From NCBI GenBank assembly GCA_965240325.2, contig OZ251231.1, positions 620,001 through 684,000 of the forward strand: a stretch of DNA of 64,000 nucleotides. Direction: 5' to 3'. Positions within the stretch are counted from its first letter, which is position 1. Every line of letters starts with the position of its first letter. The position numbers were made by a program, and so were the translations under genes. Below, piece by piece: positions 59,123 through 64,000 of the stretch. The notes under the pieces were generated by a model. The model was not told the DNA's origin. It searched no databases and saw only the letters and a program-made list of their open reading frames with translations. The stretch is from Rebecca billardiae RCC1528 (taxonomy: Eukaryota > Protista > Haptophyta).

Positions 59123-59934
59123 TAGTGGCCCTCAAGTTTAAGCGATAAAATCAAGCGGCGGCTCTATCGTCGGCGCTGAAGGTGAAGGCCGTGGTGCTGA
59201 TGGCTGCGTACTTGGGGCTGATGCCCGCCCACAGTCACGTGTTCAACCTTGCCGTGTCGTGCGCGAGGCGGCGGTAGCGTGCGCTGAAAGTAGGTGCAGC
59301 CGATCGGCGAGCTCGACGGTAGCCGCGCGGCGGCCTCCCGACCAAGCCGTGTGAGGCAGCCGCCGGCCTGCGCCTGCGAGTCCTCCGTGCGTGGAGCTAG
59401 GCTCCCACGCGTGGCCCGAGGCGTACGCGGGGTGCCGTCCGAGCGCGCCAGTACACACCGAGCGCAGCAAGCTGGGCACCCTGCGCGGCAGGAGCATGCA
59501 ATCGAGCGAGCGCTGCCCACGAGCTGAGCCTGTCGAGCCGCTGGCACGGCCCGGCGCGGCAGCTGCGCGAAAGTCTGTGGTGCGCCTGCACGTGGTCAAA
59601 GCACGAGCTCACACGCTGTGTGTGGACCAGGGACACAGAGTGTACGTGCATGCGCACCACGCTCGAATTTATTGCGTGCGCGGAGCGGCGCTGTGCGTGC
59701 ACGACCATGCTGGTGCATGTGAGACCAGTCAGGTCTGTGCGCGATGGCCGGCCGCGCGAGCGCGCGCGTGCGCGACACAGCACACGTGCGGGCGAGCCGT
59801 GTGTCTGCGCAGACGCGGGTGCTCCCCGACCGTGCGCCACGAGCGAGAGAGCCGCCATGGTGCGCTCGTCACGGCGTGAGCGGGCGTGCAATCACGTAGC
59901 CAGCGAAGCGAACGCTTAAACCTGAGGGGTACTA
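59123..59934 (+). mobile_element. About 810-bp MITE, copy 2 (nested in the MULE)
   Basis: Offset 3514 bp from copy 1; same termini and TA flanks but different flanking DNA. Confidence 0.85.
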
Positions 59935-60852
59935 TAGACCGCAGACAACGCACTCTGCGCAGAGCTCGGCAGCAGCCTCAAGCCTGGCCACACAAACACT
60001 CAGGACACAGGCACCAGCGCCCGTGCGCGGCAGCTCACTCAGGGACTGGCCTTCTGACATGTCTACGCAGCTATACAGTACCGCCATGTAACACACAAGT
60101 AGCACGCGCGGGCTGGAACTGCGGTGCCAACCAAGGTTTGGAGCCGCGTCACCTCGGGGACGCCGCATGTCCTCGGCGCACAGCACCAGCTGCCACCTTC
60201 CGCAGTCTGCGAAGGGCTCTGAGGCCGCAACAGCTCACTGACACACACATGGACCGTGACAAAAGTCCACAACAAGCCACATGCCACTTGAGCCGGGTCC
60301 ACGCGCGCGCGCCATGGTGGCGGCGGCTGATCAGCATGGCCGCCTGGCACTCCCCAGCCCACCGCGCGTGCCGCTCAGGAGGCGGGTCAGGGCGCAAGAT
60401 GACAGCGGGGGCGGTGGCGGCAGGCGGAGCGTGGTGATTCCTCGTGCGCGCAACGCTGGCGCGCCTTCGCCGCCATTCCTCAGCGCCATTCTCGCCAGCT
60501 TGGCCGGCGCGGGTGCCGGCCGGGTGCTCGGCGGTGCGCTCGTGGGGCTTTGCGGCCGCGCGCGAGCGAGTGACGGGTGTCGAGGTCGGCCCGGGCGGTG
60601 CGAGAGGGTTCATCGGTCCACTCTACGCCCCCCCACGCGGTACGAGCCAATAGGCCGCAACGGTTGGCGCCCGAGGGCCCGCCAAGGGGTCGCGTGCACT
60701 CCGGCGGGTGGAACGCACTGCTGTTATCCCGGTGGCCCTCGCGGCGAGGGCCACTCGGCCGTTTCAGGCTGATTAGACGTGGCTGGTCCGTTGGCCAGCC
60801 GACGACGTTACCGGCGCCCGCCCCCCGCCCGCGGCCGTCACTACGCGCGACG

Positions 60853-62334
60853 ATGTCGGCGACCCCCACGCTCGCCGGCTTGCCGGCCGAGGTCTTAGAG
60901 CGCATCCTCTCCTTCGTGGAGCGCCCTCGGGATCTAGCATGCGCGAACGCCGCCTCGCGCGCCTTCCATGACGCGCCCAGCGGCCGCTCGCCGATCGAGC
61001 GCGCGCTGCGCGAGCGCGCACGCAAGCGTGGGCACGAGCATCTGCTGCCGGAGGCTCTGCCGATTGGGACCGGGTCTTGGACAAGCGAGCTGCTCCAGCT
61101 CGAGCGCGTGCTCGAGCTTGCACAAGCACACTCGAACGATGTCGCAGTCAGTGGCATGAACTTGCTCTCAGGCCACGACGATATCACCGGGGCGACCAGC
61201 GCATTTGTCGACGCAGCGGGCTGCCTGCACACGTGCGGCGAGGAGCGCGTGTACGACTGGAACCCGTCCACGGCCCGCTTCCGGCCGCCGGCCAACGTGG
61301 GACACGAGGATGCACCCGAGTTGCTCGTGCCCACGCGCGTCGCCTCGCTCGCGCACGTGCGCGTGCGCGCGGTGGCCGCGGGCGGAGGCCACCTGCTCGC
61401 GCTGAGCGACGCCGGCGTAGTCTACGCGTGTGGCTCCAACGCGTGGGGCCAGCTTGGCTGCGGGGACGAGGACGCGCGCAGCGCGTTCGTGCCGCTGCGT
61501 GCGCTTGCTAGCGAGCTCGTCGTGGGCATCGCCGCTGGCGGCCAGCACTCCCTCGCACTGAGTGCAGCGGGTGTCGCGTTCAGCTGGGGCCACAACTACC
61601 GCGGCCAGCTCGGCCACGGTGACCTGCAAGCCAGGAGCGAGCCGGAGCGGATCGAGGGGCTGGGCGGCGTGCGGGTGGGCGCTGCCTCGGCGGGGCAGGC
61701 GCACACGCTGCTCCTCTCGGCTGGCGGCGCCGTGTACTCGTGCGGCTGCGGCTTCAAGGGCCGCCTCGGGCATGGCAGCAAGCAAGATCAACGCGCGCCG
61801 CTGCGCATCGAGGCCCTGGCAGGCGTGCGCGCGATGCACGTGAGCGCGGGCGGTGCCCACCGCCTGGTGGTGGATAGCGCCGGTGCCGTGTACTCCTTTG
61901 GGGCCGGTGCCCTCGGCCGCCTCGGCCACGGCGATCATGCCTCCCAACTCTCGCCAAAGCGGCTGGAGGCGCTGCAGGGAATGCGCGCCGTGAGCGCGCA
62001 GGCTGGGCACTCCTGCAGCGCCGTGCTGGGCGCGGATGGCAGCGTGCACACGTTCGGCGAGAACCACGGGGGCGAGCTGGGTCATGGGCACACGATGGGG
62101 CTCGCGGCGCCGGAGCGCGTGCTGAGCCTGGCCCACGAGCGCGTCGTGTGTTGCTCGCTCGGTCGGTCGCACGCGCTGTTTGTGACGGTGGACGGCGGCG
62201 TGCACTCGTGCGGTAAGCAGTCGGGTGCGCTCGGGCACGGCGTGAGCGCGGCCGTGGCGACACAGGATGTGAATCGCCCATCGAGCATTGCTCAGCTGCG
62301 GTGCGCGAGACGATGCACGGAAAGGAGTGACTAG
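60853..62334 (+). CDS. F-box + RCC1-repeat protein
   Basis: LAGLPAEVLERILSFV (F-box-like); about 6-7 RCC1 repeats such as VAAGGGHLLALSDAGVVYACGSNAWGQLG and IAAGGQHSLAL...FSWGHNYRGQLGHG. Confidence 0.88.
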   Translation: MSATPTLAGLPAEVLERILSFVERPRDLACANAASRAFHDAPSGRSPIERALRERARKRGHEHLLPEALPIGTGSWTSELLQLERVLELAQAHSNDVAVSGMNLLSGHDDITGATSAFVDAAGCLHTCGEERVYDWNPSTARFRPPANVGHEDAPELLVPTRVASLAHVRVRAVAAGGGHLLALSDAGVVYACGSNAWGQLGCGDEDARSAFVPLRALASELVVGIAAGGQHSLALSAAGVAFSWGHNYRGQLGHGDLQARSEPERIEGLGGVRVGAASAGQAHTLLLSAGGAVYSCGCGFKGRLGHGSKQDQRAPLRIEALAGVRAMHVSAGGAHRLVVDSAGAVYSFGAGALGRLGHGDHASQLSPKRLEALQGMRAVSAQAGHSCSAVLGADGSVHTFGENHGGELGHGHTMGLAAPERVLSLAHERVVCCSLGRSHALFVTVDGGVHSCGKQSGALGHGVSAAVATQDVNRPSSIAQLRCARRCTERSD

Positions 62335-62491
62335 ACAAGGGCGCCGTATTCATCGTCGTGTCGCGCTATATGATGCGCGCATGTATCTCGTCTCTCTCTC
62401 TCTCTCTCTCTCTCTACTTCTAAAGACGACGATGATGATATGTTACCCGGACTGCGCTGGCGAGCTCCGAGGCTCGACTCAGTCGCAGTCG

Positions 62492-64000
62492 TCACGCCTC
62501 GTACGCCGACGACGCTGCCGCAGAGCCTGATGACTCGTAGCCGCCACCATAGTCTTTGAGGTCGTCGCCGAGGTGGTTGTGCTCGCGATGCGGCATGCTG
62601 GGGGCGCCACGCTCGGGAGACTCGTCCGGCCGGCCGCCCCTGGCGGACAGATGCCCTCGAAGCCGCGTCTCAGTGCTGCTGCGCTCGCCAAGCCCGGCCG
62701 CGCCCAGGCGGTCGGAGCCCGAGCGGTCGGCATCCGCTCGGCCCGCCGTGCCGTCCACAGCCGTCTGTGCCGGCCCGGCGCCGGACTCCATGGAGGAGGA
62801 GAGCGACACGCCGAGCGCGAGGAGCCGCTGGCTGAGCTCGGGCGAGAACGGGACCACGTCCGGTGTGCCCTTCGTGCGCGCACGTGGCGCGCGCACGCTG
62901 CCCGCCCGCCAGTGCGCGTCTTCCGCCCTTCCGCTCGAGCGGTCCGGACGCACGTCGAGCTGCGCGCCGGCAGCCGGCTCGGGATCGGAGTAATCGGAGT
63001 AGCCCTGCGGCGAGCGCCAGCCGTGCGCAACGAGCTCGGTCGTGGCCTCGCCCTCGTCGACGATCGCGGCGTCGAGACCCACCGCGAAGCGCGTCACGCT
63101 ATGCGCACGCCCGTGCGGCGAGCCCGCGCGGCGCGCGGGCGACGCGCGGCGCCGCGGCCGCGCGAGCGCTGCGCCGTCCAGCGCACCTGCGCCGGCGACG
63201 CTCAGCAGAAGGGAGTCGGCAGACCTGGTGAGATCGGGCTCGAAGGTGCACTCGGCGAGCTCGGCCTGTGCCGCCTCGCGCTGCGCGCGCGCGCGCTTCT
63301 CCTCGAGGCGCTGCTGCCGCATCTCCGCCGCCTCGAAGAGCCGCTCGTACACACTGCCGCCGTCGCCGCCGCCGCCGCCGCCGCCGCGGCCGCCGCGGCT
63401 GCGCGTCGGGCTGCTGCTGCCACGCCCGGCGCGCCACAGTGTGCTGGTCGCCGTGTCGGCGCGCTCGTGCCCAGCGCCGGATGCGCGCGAGTGGGTGTAT
63501 CCCGAGGGCGACGGGGACGGCGCGCGCTCGCCCGCGCGAGAGCTCGGCGCCGGGGACCTCGGCGCCGGCACCTCGCGCGAGGCAGCGCTGCCCGGCCGCG
63601 GCCGCGGGGGCTCGGAGCGCGGGGCGTCCGCGCGCAGGGTCCGGCGCCAGGCGACGGTGGTCAGCGGCGGCGGCGGCGGCGAGGACGGCATGCGCAGAGG
63701 CGAGGTGGCGCGCAGCGGGCGGCGCGGCGAGGAGCGCGCGCGGAGCATCGCCTCCCGCTGCGCCTCCGCCGCCGCCTGCGCCTCCTTCCGCGCGCGCGCC
63801 GCCGCAACCGCCGCCTCTCGCGCGGCGGCGCGCGCCGCGAGCGCGTCCGCTCGCCTCCGCTCGCGTTCGCGCGCCTCGCGGAGGAGCAGGCGGTGCTCGC
63901 GCGTGGCCGGTGGCCACCTGCGCCGCGCGGCGCGCTGGAGGGTGCGCGCGGCGGTGTGCACCGCGCGCATCTCGCGCCGCAGCGCGTACCCGCGCCACGC
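62492..64000 (-). CDS. 3' part of an IQ/coiled-coil protein with VYERLF...ECTFEP motif (5' end outside window)
   Basis: Frame open to the window edge (AWRGYALRR, AARTLQRAARRR IQ-like); GSVYERLFEAAEMRQQRLEE...AECTFEPDL. Confidence 0.6.
   Translation of the reverse strand, partial: AWRGYALRREMRAVHTAARTLQRAARRRWPPATREHRLLLREARERERRRADALAARAAAREAAVAAARARKEAQAAAEAQREAMLRARSSPRRPLRATSPLRMPSSPPPPPLTTVAWRRTLRADAPRSEPPRPRPGSAASREVPAPRSPAPSSRAGERAPSPSPSGYTHSRASGAGHERADTATSTLWRAGRGSSSPTRSRGGRGGGGGGGDGGSVYERLFEAAEMRQQRLEEKRARAQREAAQAELAECTFEPDLTRSADSLLLSVAGAGALDGAALARPRRRASPARRAGSPHGRAHSVTRFAVGLDAAIVDEGEATTELVAHGWRSPQGYSDYSDPEPAAGAQLDVRPDRSSGRAEDAHWRAGSVRAPRARTKGTPDVVPFSPELSQRLLALGVSLSSSMESGAGPAQTAVDGTAGRADADRSGSDRLGAAGLGERSSTETRLRGHLSARGGRPDESPERGAPSMPHREHNHLGDDLKDYGGGYESSGSAAASSAYEA

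Larger units (their letters stand above)
54971..60785. mobile_element. Non-autonomous Mutator-like element (MULE), 5.8 kb
   Basis: TIRs 54971-55452 and 60303-60785; exact 9-bp flanking direct repeat GTCCGTTGG at 54962-54970 and 60786-60794; no intact transposase. Confidence 0.78.

Noticed and set aside
60577-60852. N-terminal extension of the RCC1 ORF
   Set aside because: Derives mostly from the MULE right TIR; the F-box begins right after ATG 60853.

Overview
Very GC-rich eukaryotic nuclear DNA, probably a microalga. Short GTGCGY...CAG spliceosomal introns, GC-rich codon usage and gene content suggest a haptophyte, but this is inference. About 20 protein-coding genes can be modelled: a coiled-coil protein, a halide/thiol methyltransferase, EXD2, a chromodomain-R3H protein, a TM/PH protein, an RNI-like LRR protein, a PP2C, a DUF5765-like membrane protein, two multi-TM proteins with TIR-like domains, an aldo-keto reductase, a PhyH-like dioxygenase, an LRR receptor-like protein, two duplicated sulfotransferases, two MFS transporters, an F-box/RCC1 protein and a truncated IQ protein. 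Most other long ORFs in the track are GC-driven shadow frames. The non-coding DNA holds the most striking structures. (1) A 1.7-kb non-coding element inside a (TA)n microsatellite has the inverted-terminal-repeat plus internal-complementary-region layout of DIRS tyrosine-recombinase retrotransposons, including a pre-formed circle junction. (2) A 5.8-kb Mutator-like element with about 480-bp TIRs and a 9-bp TSD contains two apparently identical nested MITEs and a 4 x about 415-bp tandem array, and sits 67 bp upstream of the F-box/RCC1 gene. (3) Some repeat copies have hairpin stems that diverged with full compensation. (4) The LRR receptor gene encodes each LRR as its own 72-75 nt phase-2 exon. 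All coordinates and alignments were read by eye; no database search was run.
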